DNA of 64,000 nt from an uncultured Bacilli bacterium (GTDB lineage Bacteria > Bacillota_I > Bacilli_A > RF39 > UBA660), in NCBI GenBank assembly GCA_934119965.1, contig CAKOTA010000006.1:3933-67932 (forward strand), written 5' to 3'. Positions within the stretch are counted from its first letter, which is position 1. Every line of letters starts with the position of its first letter. The position numbers were made by a program, and so were the translations under genes. Of the stretch, positions 17,777 to 27,071 are shown one piece after another. The notes below the pieces were generated by a model that was given only the letters and a program-made list of their open reading frames with translations, made no database searches and was not told where the DNA came from.

Positions 17777-18388
17777 TTTAGTGGTGCTGGGAAAACAAGT
17801 TTAGTAAATTTAATTCCGCGATTTTATGAACTGACTAGTGGAAATATTTTAATTAATGGTATTGATTACAATGAGTATTCTTTGAGTGATTTAAGAAGTA
17901 GAATAGGTTATGTTTTTCAAGATCCAATAATATTTAATATGAGTATATATGATAATCTAAAATTTGGAAATGATGATGTAACAAATGAACAAATAGAAAA
18001 AGTTTGTACTGAAATAGGACTAGATGAAAAAATTAAATCATTACCTAATGGTTATAATACATTAATTGATATATATTCAGATTTATTGTCATATGGTGAA
18101 AAACAATTGTTAAATTTTTCAAGAGAAATTTTAAGAAAAACTGATGTTATAATTCTTGATGAAGTGACATCAAATTTAGATTTGGAATTTGAAAAAAAAG
18201 TAATGATAGCTAATAAAAGAGTTTTAGAAAATAAGATTTCATTTGTTATTGCACATAGATTAAACACAATAAAGGATGCAGACTTAATTTTTTATTTACA
18301 AGATGGAATTATTAAAGAATGTGGAACTCATAAAGATTTAGTAAAATTAAAAGGCGAGTATTTTAAATTATATTTTAACAAAAAATAA
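17777..18388 (+). pseudogene. 5'-truncated ABC exporter ATPase domain (starts inside the Walker A motif)
   Basis: The frame opens at 17777 with FSGAGKTSLVNLIPRFY. It continues through the Q-loop, signature-like LSYGEKQ, Walker B ILDE and the H-loop AHR. There is no TMD, no N-terminal half and no start codon. Confidence 0.8.
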
Positions 18389-18465
18389 GTATATTTAATA
18401 AGTTTTGTGTTTAATTCTTATAGAAATTAATTTTTTAAAAAAATTTCTAAATGTCTATAACTGAC

Positions 18466-18576
18466 GCACTAGATTGATTGATACTCGAATTTTTCGAAAT
18501 AATATAAAAACTACTATCAAATTAAATTGGAAGTAGTTTTATTTTGCTAATTTATAAACATATTTGTAAATCAACA
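18466..18576 (+). repeat. Junction element R4 (core + right arm, type beta; no left arm)
   Basis: Reads GCACTAGATTGATTGATACTCGAA, then hairpin AAAACTACT/AGTAGTTTT, then TAATTTATAAACATATTTGTAAATCAACA. Confidence 0.7.
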
Positions 18577-18809
18577 TATTAATTAGTGTATGTAAATATT
18601 TTGAAGAATTTTAAATAGTAATTGTTATAAATCTATAATTCTTATGTTATAATTGGGATATGAGTAATAAAATAAAAGAGTATAAAAGAAAAAAAATAAA
18701 TTTAGTAAAGTTTTAAGTAGGTTTTTGAAAGGATTAGATTTCCTATTTTAGAATATATAAAGATTAATAATTATATAGAATTATTAAAAGAAGATAGGAG
18801 GAAATAAAT

Positions 18810-19529
18810 ATGAGCAAGGAATTAAATAATAAAATTAAATTATTAATAAGTGATTATGATCAAACTTTTTATTTAAATGATGAAGATATTGAAATTAATA
18901 AAAAAGCAGTTGATAAATTTAGAAAAGATGGTAATATTTTTATAATTGCTACTGGTAGAAGTTATATGGATTTTCATAATAAAGTAGATATGTATAATTT
19001 TAAATATGATTATGTAATTATTAATCATGGCGCAACAATATTAGATAAAAACGATAATGTATTTGCAAACTTTTCTATAGACAATAAAATAATAAATAAT
19101 ATAAAGGAAGATTTGCAATTAGAAAAATCAATAAAGGGTTTTTGTTGTAGTAAATTAGAAAGTAGGGTTGACTTTGAACATGATGATCTAACAAAGATAA
19201 ATGTTAGATATAATTCAAAAGAAGAAGCAATAGTTATTAACGAAATAATAAATAATAAATATCAAGATTATATTAATTCTTATTATGTTACTGAAAATTC
19301 ATTAGAAATAATTTCAAATAAAACAAATAAGTCAAATGCTATAAAGTTATTACTTGGTAAATTAAATATATTACAAGAAAATGTTTATACAATTGGCGAT
19401 GGTTATAGTGATATAGAAATGGTTAAAGATTTTAATGGATATGCTATGGTTAATTCAGTAGATGAATTAAAAAGGGTCGCCATAAAGGAACATAAAAGTG
19501 TTTCTGACTTAATAGAAGAAATAATATAG
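18810..19529 (+). CDS. Cof-type HAD-IIB phosphatase
   Basis: Carries DYDQTF (DxD-like), ATGRS and GDGYSDIEM motifs. Confidence 0.7.
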   Translation: MSKELNNKIKLLISDYDQTFYLNDEDIEINKKAVDKFRKDGNIFIIATGRSYMDFHNKVDMYNFKYDYVIINHGATILDKNDNVFANFSIDNKIINNIKEDLQLEKSIKGFCCSKLESRVDFEHDDLTKINVRYNSKEEAIVINEIINNKYQDYINSYYVTENSLEIISNKTNKSNAIKLLLGKLNILQENVYTIGDGYSDIEMVKDFNGYAMVNSVDELKRVAIKEHKSVSDLIEEII

Positions 19530-19678
19530 GTGGTAGTTACGTAATTAATTGGAGATTTATTCAACATCTTGGAGATATAAGAAACCTTTGTGATCATAAA
19601 AAACAAAGGGAACCATCAAAAGAAGAAATAGAAGAATTAATAACTGGGACGAATAAAGTAATAAAAACAATTTTTTAA
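19530..19678 (+). pseudogene. Possible C-terminal remnant of a HEPN-domain protein
   Basis: An open frame with no start codon reads ...WRFIQHLGDIRNLCDHKKQREPSKEEIEELI...; RNLCDH fits the HEPN Rx4H motif. Confidence 0.3.
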
Positions 19679-19758
19679 ACCTTGCATATATTCTGATTTA
19701 TTAAAACTTTATTTTTTTTAAAATTTATAATATAATTTAAATAGAAGGGAATGATAAA

Positions 19759-20469
19759 ATGTCTATAGCAGATGTAATTATAATTTTAGCAATTTTAATG
19801 GGGGCAGTTGTTGGATTTAAAAGAGGATTAACAACTCAATTAGTGAGTACAATTGGAATAATATTAGTAATAGTATTAGCTTTTATTCTAAAAAATCCAG
19901 TTTCAAAATTTATGTATGAAAATTTACCTTTCTTTGATTTTGGAGGATTATTAAAAGGTTTACCAGTATTAAATATATTCGTTTATGAATTAATAGCGTT
20001 TATATTAGTTCTTTCTATTCTAGCAATCCTTTTAAAATTATTATTGAAAGTAACAAAAATATTTGAATTCTTATTGAAATTAACAGTAGTACTTAGTATT
20101 CCGTCAAAAATAGGTGGCGCACTAGTAGGAATGATTGAAAATTTTATCTTTGTATTTATTGTTTTATACATTTTAAACTTACCAATATTTGATTTTAGTA
20201 TAAATTCAAAATATCAAGATAAAATATTAAATAATACACCAATATTGTCACAAATGGTTGATAAAAGTGTAAAAGTTATAGATGAATTTTCAGATTTAAA
20301 AGAAAAATATGAAAAAGAAGATAATTCAAATGAATTCAATAGAGAAACATTAGAACTATTCTTAAAGTATGATGTAATTGATGTAGATGCAGTTGAAACA
20401 TTAGTAAAAAAAGATAAATTAAAAATTAAAAATGCAGATGAAATAATTAAAAAATATAAGGAGGCATAA
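19759..20469 (+). CDS. cvpA: CvpA-family membrane protein
   Basis: N-terminal IIILAILMGAVVGFKRGL followed by four TM segments, typical of CvpA. Confidence 0.65.
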   Translation: MSIADVIIILAILMGAVVGFKRGLTTQLVSTIGIILVIVLAFILKNPVSKFMYENLPFFDFGGLLKGLPVLNIFVYELIAFILVLSILAILLKLLLKVTKIFEFLLKLTVVLSIPSKIGGALVGMIENFIFVFIVLYILNLPIFDFSINSKYQDKILNNTPILSQMVDKSVKVIDEFSDLKEKYEKEDNSNEFNRETLELFLKYDVIDVDAVETLVKKDKLKIKNADEIIKKYKEA

Positions 20470-20471
20470 TT

Positions 20472-20768
20472 ATGGCATTAATACATTGTAATAATGATAA
20501 CTTTAAAGAATTAATTAATGATGAATTAGTAATAGTAGATTTTTTTGCTACATGGTGTGGGCCATGTAGAATGTTAGGAACAGTGTTAGAAGAAATAAAA
20601 AATAATTATAAAATAGTAAAAGTGGACGTTGATGAATGTAGCGAAATTGCTAAAGAATTTGGTGTTATGTCAGTTCCTACATTAATAAAATTTAAAAACG
20701 GAAAAGAAATAGAAAAAAATGTAGGATTTTTACCTAAAGAACAATTAATAGAATGGATAGAAAGATAA
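20472..20768 (+). CDS. trxA: Thioredoxin
   Basis: WCGPC active site in a 98-aa protein. Confidence 0.9.
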   Translation: MALIHCNNDNFKELINDELVIVDFFATWCGPCRMLGTVLEEIKNNYKIVKVDVDECSEIAKEFGVMSVPTLIKFKNGKEIEKNVGFLPKEQLIEWIER

Positions 20769-20846
20769 TACGAAAAAATATTCGTATTTTTTTTAAAATA
20801 ATATTTTATTTTTGATAAACTATGGTATAATTGAATAGGTGATATA

Positions 20847-23054
20847 ATGAAAAATTATATAAAAGGAAACTACATTAGAAGTGTATTTGAATCTTCTAAT
20901 GGCTATAAAATAGGAATAATGAAAATTACAGAAACAAATGATCCAGACATAACTGATTTTGTAAATGATACATTAACATTTACAGGTTACTTTGCTGAAT
21001 TAAATGAAAAAGATACATATATACTATATGGCGAATTAATAGATCACCCTAAATATGGAATTCAATATGTTGTAAATGAATACGAAAAAATATTACCAAA
21101 TGATAAAGACGGAATAATTGAATTTTTAAGTAGTGATTTATTTAAAGGAGTTGGAGTTAAATTAGCAGAATCTATAGTCAAAACATTAGGAGAAAATACC
21201 CTTAATTTAATTTTGGAAGACAAAGAAAATTTAAAAAAAGTCCCTAAAATAAACAATAAAAAAATAGATGTAATTTATAATACATTAACAAAATATGAAG
21301 AAAGCCACGAAACAATAGTTTATTTAACAGAACTAGGATTTAATATGCGTGATTCTTTAGCAATCTATAATAAATATAAAAGCGATACTGTATTAACATT
21401 AGAAAATAATATTTATACATTAATTGATGACATAATGGAAATTAATTTCACTAAAGTAGATGAAATTGGCAAAAAATTAAACTATGATTTACTAGATTCA
21501 AGAAGAATTAAAGCTTGTATAATTTATATATTTAAAAATTTAACATTTAAAAACGGTGATACTTATTTATACTATGATGAAATAAAAGATAGTACTATAA
21601 AATATGTAAATCAAGAAATAGAAAATTTTGGCTTATATTTAGATGAACTAAGATTTGAAGGAAAAATAGTATTAGAAGATGAAAAATATTATTTAAAAGA
21701 TATCTATAATGATGAAAAGACAATAGTAAATAAAATAAAATATCTATTAAAAAAACAAAAAGATAGTTATAAAAATATTGATAAAATATTAAAAAAATTA
21801 GAAGAATTTAATAAAATAGAATATGATGAAAAACAAAAAGAATCAATAATAAAATCATTAGAAAATAATATACTAATAATAACAGGTGGACCAGGAACTG
21901 GAAAGACAACTATAATTAAAGCAATAGTAGATACCTTTATAACATTAAATGAATATACAGGTGATGAAGCATTAAAAAAAATAGCATTACTCGCACCAAC
22001 AGGTAGAGCAAGCAAAAGAATGAGTGAATCATGTGTTTTTCCGGCAACAACGATTCATAGATATTTAAAATGGAATAAAGAAACAAATAGTTTTGGTGTA
22101 GATATAACTAATCCTAATACTGAAAAGTTAATAATTGTTGATGAAGTAAGTATGATTGATACAAATCTTTTAGCAAGTCTTTTTAGAGGATTAACTGATA
22201 ATATTAAATTAGTCTTAGTAGGAGATTATAATCAATTACCAAGTGTTGGTCCCGGTCAAATATTAAAAGATTTAATAGAAAGTAAAACAATAGAAACAAT
22301 AGAATTAGAATTATTATATCGTCAAAATGAAAAATCATACATTTCTAAATTAGCCCAAGACATAAAAAATAATGAAGTAACAAATGAATTTTTGGAAGAA
22401 AAAAGCGATTTTAAATTTTTGGAATGTAACAATATTCTAATGAATGTTAAAAACTTAACTAAACAAATATTAGAAAAGGGATATAACTATAAGAATTTTC
22501 AAATATTGGTTCCAATGTATGCAGGAATAAATGGAATTGATAATCTAAATAAAGAATTACAAGATATATTTAATCCTAAAAATGATAATTTGAAAGAAAT
22601 AAAAAGTGGAACAACAATATTTAGAGAAAATGATAAAATATTACAATTAGTTAATATGGCAGATTGTAATGTATTTAATGGAGACATTGGAATAATAAAA
22701 AAAATCATTCCAGCTTCTGAATCTGATTCTAAAAAAAATGAAATATATATTGATTATGATGGTAATGAAGTAAAATATTTACCAAAAGACTTTTCAAATA
22801 TAAAACACGGATATGCTATTAGTATTCATAAATCACAAGGAAGTGAATTCGAATTCGTTTTAATGCCAATATGTAATGAATACTACCGTATGTTATATAA
22901 AAAATTAATATATACAGGAATTACGAGAGCTAAAAATAAATTAATAATTTTAGGCAATGTTAATGCTTTTTTAACAGGAATTCATAACAATAGTGAAATT
23001 GTTAGAAAAACAAATTTGAAAGAAAAATTAGAAAATATGTATAAAACTTTATAA
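20847..23054 (+). CDS. recD2: SF1B helicase RecD2
   Basis: GGPGTGKTT Walker A, VDEVSM Walker B and C-terminal SIHKSQGSEF motifs, with a long N-terminal extension typical of RecD2. Confidence 0.85.
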   Translation: MKNYIKGNYIRSVFESSNGYKIGIMKITETNDPDITDFVNDTLTFTGYFAELNEKDTYILYGELIDHPKYGIQYVVNEYEKILPNDKDGIIEFLSSDLFKGVGVKLAESIVKTLGENTLNLILEDKENLKKVPKINNKKIDVIYNTLTKYEESHETIVYLTELGFNMRDSLAIYNKYKSDTVLTLENNIYTLIDDIMEINFTKVDEIGKKLNYDLLDSRRIKACIIYIFKNLTFKNGDTYLYYDEIKDSTIKYVNQEIENFGLYLDELRFEGKIVLEDEKYYLKDIYNDEKTIVNKIKYLLKKQKDSYKNIDKILKKLEEFNKIEYDEKQKESIIKSLENNILIITGGPGTGKTTIIKAIVDTFITLNEYTGDEALKKIALLAPTGRASKRMSESCVFPATTIHRYLKWNKETNSFGVDITNPNTEKLIIVDEVSMIDTNLLASLFRGLTDNIKLVLVGDYNQLPSVGPGQILKDLIESKTIETIELELLYRQNEKSYISKLAQDIKNNEVTNEFLEEKSDFKFLECNNILMNVKNLTKQILEKGYNYKNFQILVPMYAGINGIDNLNKELQDIFNPKNDNLKEIKSGTTIFRENDKILQLVNMADCNVFNGDIGIIKKIIPASESDSKKNEIYIDYDGNEVKYLPKDFSNIKHGYAISIHKSQGSEFEFVLMPICNEYYRMLYKKLIYTGITRAKNKLIILGNVNAFLTGIHNNSEIVRKTNLKEKLENMYKTL

Positions 23055-23126
23055 AATCTATAAAATATTAATGTATATAGATTTTTTTATATACGGTATC
23101 ATATTTTTTAGCAAGAAGGTGATTTT

Positions 23127-23282
23127 ATGAAGTTAGGTAAAAATATAGCACTTATGGGTTTAGGTGCTGGGGCTGTTTTAGCATATCAAAAGTATAAGAA
23201 ACCTCTTATGAAAGAAATGAACAAGGTAATGAAAAGTACTAAGAGAAAAGCAAAAGATACGCTAGAAGATATGATGGAATAA
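23127..23282 (+). CDS. Small membrane-anchored protein (51 aa, YtxH-like pattern)
   Basis: Not in the track. It has an AGAAGGTGA RBS and the sequence MKLGKNIALMGLGAGAVLAYQKYKK..., and is followed by hairpin AAAATCCTCC/GGAGGATTTT. Confidence 0.45.
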   Translation: MKLGKNIALMGLGAGAVLAYQKYKKPLMKEMNKVMKSTKRKAKDTLEDMME

Positions 23283-23487
23283 CAAAATCCTCCTTTTAAA
23301 GGAGGATTTTAAAAAAATAAAGCACAAAGTGCTTTATAGAAAAGAAGTAATCTTAAAAAAGATTTGTCAAATTAAATTGACAAATAAATAATAGCATAAT
23401 AAAAAAATAATAACAATTATTTTCACAATAATTTCATTTTTTATTGATATAAATTTTTAAATATTCTATAATGGGTGTGGTGATAAA

Positions 23488-25002
23488 ATGAAAAAAAAGA
23501 TAATTCCAATTTTAGTTGTTTTATTAATTATTATTCTTTTAGCAGGTACATATTTAGTATGCGATAAAGTAAGAGTTGATAATATAATTAAAACAAAGAA
23601 AAATAATTATAGTGAGGTTATAAAAACAACTAAAAAAATCAAGCTTTATAAAAAAACTAAAGATGAATATATTGAAATAGGAGAAATAGGTGAAAATTCT
23701 AAACTATATTTGGAAAAAACTAATTATAAAAATGATTATTATAAATTATTAGATGAGGAATATTATATATACTATGAAAATATAAAACAAGTAAATGAAA
23801 AAATCAAAAATATTGATTATTTACCTTTTAATAGTAATATTGTAACAACTGATAAATTTGAATTAGATAATATTAAAATAAACGAGCAAAAAGAATTTAA
23901 TATTTATCTTAAAAAAGATGGAAATTATATTAAATTCAATAATCAATTATTTAAAATTGATCAAAAATATGTAAAAGAAGAAAAAGAAGTAAAAAATGGT
24001 GAATATGCAGATTCTATAGTAATATTAAATTTAATTAATTATGATGAAGAACAACTTAAATATATTAGTAGTTATAAAATGATAAATAACGAAACTTATA
24101 GAATGTGGAAAAATAATGAAATTGAATTATCCAATAATACTATTTTATTAGTTAGTGATAAAGATGATGAATTATTCAAAAAATATAACTTGATTGTTAA
24201 CAAAATAGAGTTTGAAATAAATAAGAATGATGAGGTAAGCACTAAAGAAAATCTTAATTCTTATGAAGTTGACAATATAACAATTGATACCTTAAAGAAA
24301 ATGCTTAACAAAGAAAAAATTATTAAATATGTTTACTCTAGTGAAGTTGCAGTACCAGTTCTGAATTACCATTTCTTCTATGATAAAAATGGAGAAGTAT
24401 GTAATGAAACAATATGTTTAGATACTGCTAAATTTGAAGAACATCTTAAGTATTTGAAGGATAATAATTTCAAAACATTAACAATGCAAGAATTTGTAGA
24501 TTGGTATAATGGAAAAATAGAAATCCCAACTAAAAGTGTTTTAATAACAGTAGATGATGGAGCAATGGGAACTAGTACCATAAATGGTAATAAACTAATT
24601 CCTTTACTAGAAAAATATGATTTAAATGCCACATTATTCTTAATAACTGCTTGGTGGGATCCTAAAAACTATCAATCAAAGAATTTAGATATTGAATCAC
24701 ATGGGTATGACATTCATAAAGTTGGTGCTTGTGGAAGTCAAAATATTAATTGTTTAAGTTATAATGAATTATATGATGACTTAAAAAAATCATTTGATAT
24801 AGTGGGAAGTTATAATTCATTTTGTTATCCATTTTATGTTCATAATGCTAATTCAACAGAAGTCCTTAAAAATTTAGGAGTACAAGTAGCATTTGGTGGA
24901 GGAAATGTTAATGCTACTAGAAATAGTAATAGATATTATATTCCTCGTTATCCAATTTATAGTAGTATTACAATGGAACAATTTATTAATATGGTTAATT
25001 AA
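23488..25002 (+). CDS. Membrane-anchored polysaccharide deacetylase (NodB homology domain)
   Basis: N-terminal TM segment. The C-terminal domain carries LITVDDGAMG and the histidine-containing segments expected of a CE4 fold. Confidence 0.65.
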   Translation: MKKKIIPILVVLLIIILLAGTYLVCDKVRVDNIIKTKKNNYSEVIKTTKKIKLYKKTKDEYIEIGEIGENSKLYLEKTNYKNDYYKLLDEEYYIYYENIKQVNEKIKNIDYLPFNSNIVTTDKFELDNIKINEQKEFNIYLKKDGNYIKFNNQLFKIDQKYVKEEKEVKNGEYADSIVILNLINYDEEQLKYISSYKMINNETYRMWKNNEIELSNNTILLVSDKDDELFKKYNLIVNKIEFEINKNDEVSTKENLNSYEVDNITIDTLKKMLNKEKIIKYVYSSEVAVPVLNYHFFYDKNGEVCNETICLDTAKFEEHLKYLKDNNFKTLTMQEFVDWYNGKIEIPTKSVLITVDDGAMGTSTINGNKLIPLLEKYDLNATLFLITAWWDPKNYQSKNLDIESHGYDIHKVGACGSQNINCLSYNELYDDLKKSFDIVGSYNSFCYPFYVHNANSTEVLKNLGVQVAFGGGNVNATRNSNRYYIPRYPIYSSITMEQFINMVN

Positions 25003-25021
25003 ACTTGGAGGTGAGTACAAC

Positions 25022-25438
25022 TTGAATATTAAATTAGAAACATTTACAGGCATCAGAGATGTTTGGGATGAATTTTCTGAAAAAATATTTGGAACTAAAA
25101 TATTAACTGATGGTGATGTTCAAAAACAATCAGAAGAATTTTTTGACAAAAAAGCAATTAATATGGATGAGTATACAATTAGTAGAACTAATAGAATAGT
25201 TAAAAATACATATGATATTAAAAATGCATCATATGTTGTTACTGTTAATTATATAGTTCCGATTTATTCTAATGATGATATTAATTATAAAATAGAAAAA
25301 GTATATTTGAATAAACAAGATAAAATGACATTAAAAAAAATTAAAACTCATTTACTAGGATTATCAGATAGATTAAAATATAGTGATTTTAAAATTAAAA
25401 GATTATCAAAACAAACTAATAGAGAACCAAAAAAATAG
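25022..25438 (+). CDS. Hypothetical protein
   Basis: The TTG at 25022 follows GGAGGTGAG. The longer track ORF (from 24893) overlaps the preceding gene. Confidence 0.4.
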   Translation: MNIKLETFTGIRDVWDEFSEKIFGTKILTDGDVQKQSEEFFDKKAINMDEYTISRTNRIVKNTYDIKNASYVVTVNYIVPIYSNDDINYKIEKVYLNKQDKMTLKKIKTHLLGLSDRLKYSDFKIKRLSKQTNREPKK

Positions 25439-25452
25439 ATTCAATTTTGAAT

Positions 25453-26091
25453 CTATTTTTGAATATTATTTTCATTATATCTTTCTATCAAATCAGTTAA
25501 GTTATTAATTTCAATTGTTTTTTCAATTTCTTCATTCATAATTTTTTGATGTGTTAAATTATCTTCAACTGTAATTGGTGTTTTATTATCTAAAAAATTA
25601 ATAAAATAATGAATTAAACATAATAACTGTAAATTTATAGTGGCATATATGAATCCATTTGTTAAATTAGTTGCTATCTTAAAATATAAACTTAACATAC
25701 AAGCAATTATTCCACAAAATAAAAATGTAGTTTTGATTTTTCCAATCATTAATGATTCCACTTTATTAGTTGAATAATAGTAATATAGATTAGTTATAGC
25801 AATAATAATTTCTAACACTAATATGTATATTAGTAAGTGTTTTTTTCTTATTAAACTAATAACTATACCAATTCCGAATACTTTATCAGCAATTGTATCT
25901 AATTTAGCGCCTTTTTTTGAAACAACATTCCATTTACGGGCTAATTTACCATCAAGCATATCAGTTAATGCACATATGATGGCAAATATAATTACTAAAT
26001 TAGTTTTATTTAATAAACCTAGTATAATTATGACTGGAGTTAATATAATTCTCGTCATAGTTAAGATATTAGGAATAGATTCTTTTTTCAT
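25453..26091 (-). CDS. pgsA: CDP-alcohol phosphatidyltransferase (PgsA-like)
   Basis: DMLDGKLARKWNVVSKKGAKLDTIADK matches DGx2ARx8Gx3Dx3D. Confidence 0.8.
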   Translation of the reverse strand: MKKESIPNILTMTRIILTPVIIILGLLNKTNLVIIFAIICALTDMLDGKLARKWNVVSKKGAKLDTIADKVFGIGIVISLIRKKHLLIYILVLEIIIAITNLYYYYSTNKVESLMIGKIKTTFLFCGIIACMLSLYFKIATNLTNGFIYATINLQLLCLIHYFINFLDNKTPITVEDNLTHQKIMNEEIEKTIEINNLTDLIERYNENNIQK

Positions 26092-26341
26092 ATAATCACC
26101 TAACTAATTGTAACATTTATTGACAAAATAATCAATTATATAATAATTATATTTATTAATTACATATAATATACTGTATTATTAAATTAATACACTTGAA
26201 CCAGGGTAGTGCTACTTTGGTTCTTTTTTATATTATAAATTACTTGTATTGACTTTTTAAATACAATATGATAATATTTATTTAGACACGAAAAGGTGTT
26301 TTTATTTTGAAAAAAATCATATATTTTAAAGAAGGTGTGAA

Positions 26342-26521
26342 ATGAAAAAAATAGCTAGATTTTTAGTAAGTGTAAAAAAAGAAATGACTAAAGTAAAATG
26401 GCCTGACAAAAAAACAATTATTGCATATTCAGTAGCAACACTATCATGTGTACTTATATTTGCATTATTTTTTGCAAGCTTAGACTTAATACTAACAGGT
26501 ATTAAGATGATTATAAAATAG
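26342..26521 (+). CDS. secE: Preprotein translocase subunit SecE
   Basis: Not in the track (59 aa). It has the KEMTKVKWPDKK motif plus one TM segment, lies directly upstream of nusG, and has a TTGACT-17-TGaTAATAT promoter. Confidence 0.85.
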   Translation: MKKIARFLVSVKKEMTKVKWPDKKTIIAYSVATLSCVLIFALFFASLDLILTGIKMIIK

Positions 26522-26530
26522 GAGGAAAAT

Positions 26531-27067
26531 ATGGAAAAAGAGTGGTATGTAGTTAATACCTATTCAGGTCATGAAAACAAAGTAAAAGAAAAACTAGAAA
26601 TGCGTGCTAGTACAATGGGAATGGAAGATTACATTTATAGAGTAGTAGTTCCGGAACAAGAAGAAGTTGAAATAAAAGACGGAAAAGAAAAGAAAAAAGT
26701 AAAAAAAATGTTCCCAGGTTATATATTGGTAGAAATGGTAATGAATGATGAAGCTTGGTTCATTGTAAGAAATACTCCAGGTGTAACAGGATTTATTGGA
26801 TCAAGTGGTAAAGGAGCAAAACCATTTCCATTATCTCCTCAAGAAGTAGATAAAATTTTAGGATCTATGGGTATGAGTAGATTAGAAATAGGAAATGACT
26901 TAAAAGTAGATGATCAAGTTAAAGTTATTTCTGGACCATTTGCTAATATGTTTGGAAAAGTTAAGAAAATTAATATAGAAACACAAGAATTAGAAATAGC
27001 AATTGATTTATTCGGTCAAGAAACAATAGTTGAAATTAATTTATCACAAATTGAAAAAGTAAATTAA
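26531..27067 (+). CDS. nusG: Transcription termination/antitermination factor NusG
   Basis: WYVVNTYSGHENKV N-terminus and a C-terminal KOW domain. Conserved secE-nusG-rplK context. Confidence 0.9.
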   Translation: MEKEWYVVNTYSGHENKVKEKLEMRASTMGMEDYIYRVVVPEQEEVEIKDGKEKKKVKKMFPGYILVEMVMNDEAWFIVRNTPGVTGFIGSSGKGAKPFPLSPQEVDKILGSMGMSRLEIGNDLKVDDQVKVISGPFANMFGKVKKINIETQELEIAIDLFGQETIVEINLSQIEKVN

Positions 27068-27071
27068 GGAA

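Larger units (their letters stand above)
12938..18576. mobile_element. Array of four small gene cassettes inserted at the 3' end of tRNA-Thr, delimited by conserved att-like junction elements; no integrase in the window
   Basis: Five copies of a junction element whose core (GGCACCAnATTGAT) begins with the last 7 nt of tRNA-Thr. Between them are one-gene modules of unrelated function, in both orientations, plus gene fragments. Confidence 0.55.

Noticed and set aside
12931-18576. The junction elements might be integron attC sites (a CALIN) or tRNA pseudogenes.
   Set aside because: The inverted-repeat cores (CTCGAAC...GTTCGAG) do not fit the RYYYAAC/GTTRRRY attC consensus. Several cassettes carry their own promoters and one is inverted. 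Only the last 7 nt of the tRNA plus flank are repeated, and the upstream AGAAG-loop-CTTCT hairpin lacks a TPsiC-type loop, so these are not tRNA copies. I keep them as att-like junctions instead.
24893-25021. N-terminal 43-aa extension of the ORF at 24893-25438, overlapping the deacetylase gene.
   Set aside because: The extension overlaps 110 nt of the preceding CDS in another frame and has no RBS. A GGAGGTGAG-TTG start at 25022, right after the upstream stop, is a better model.
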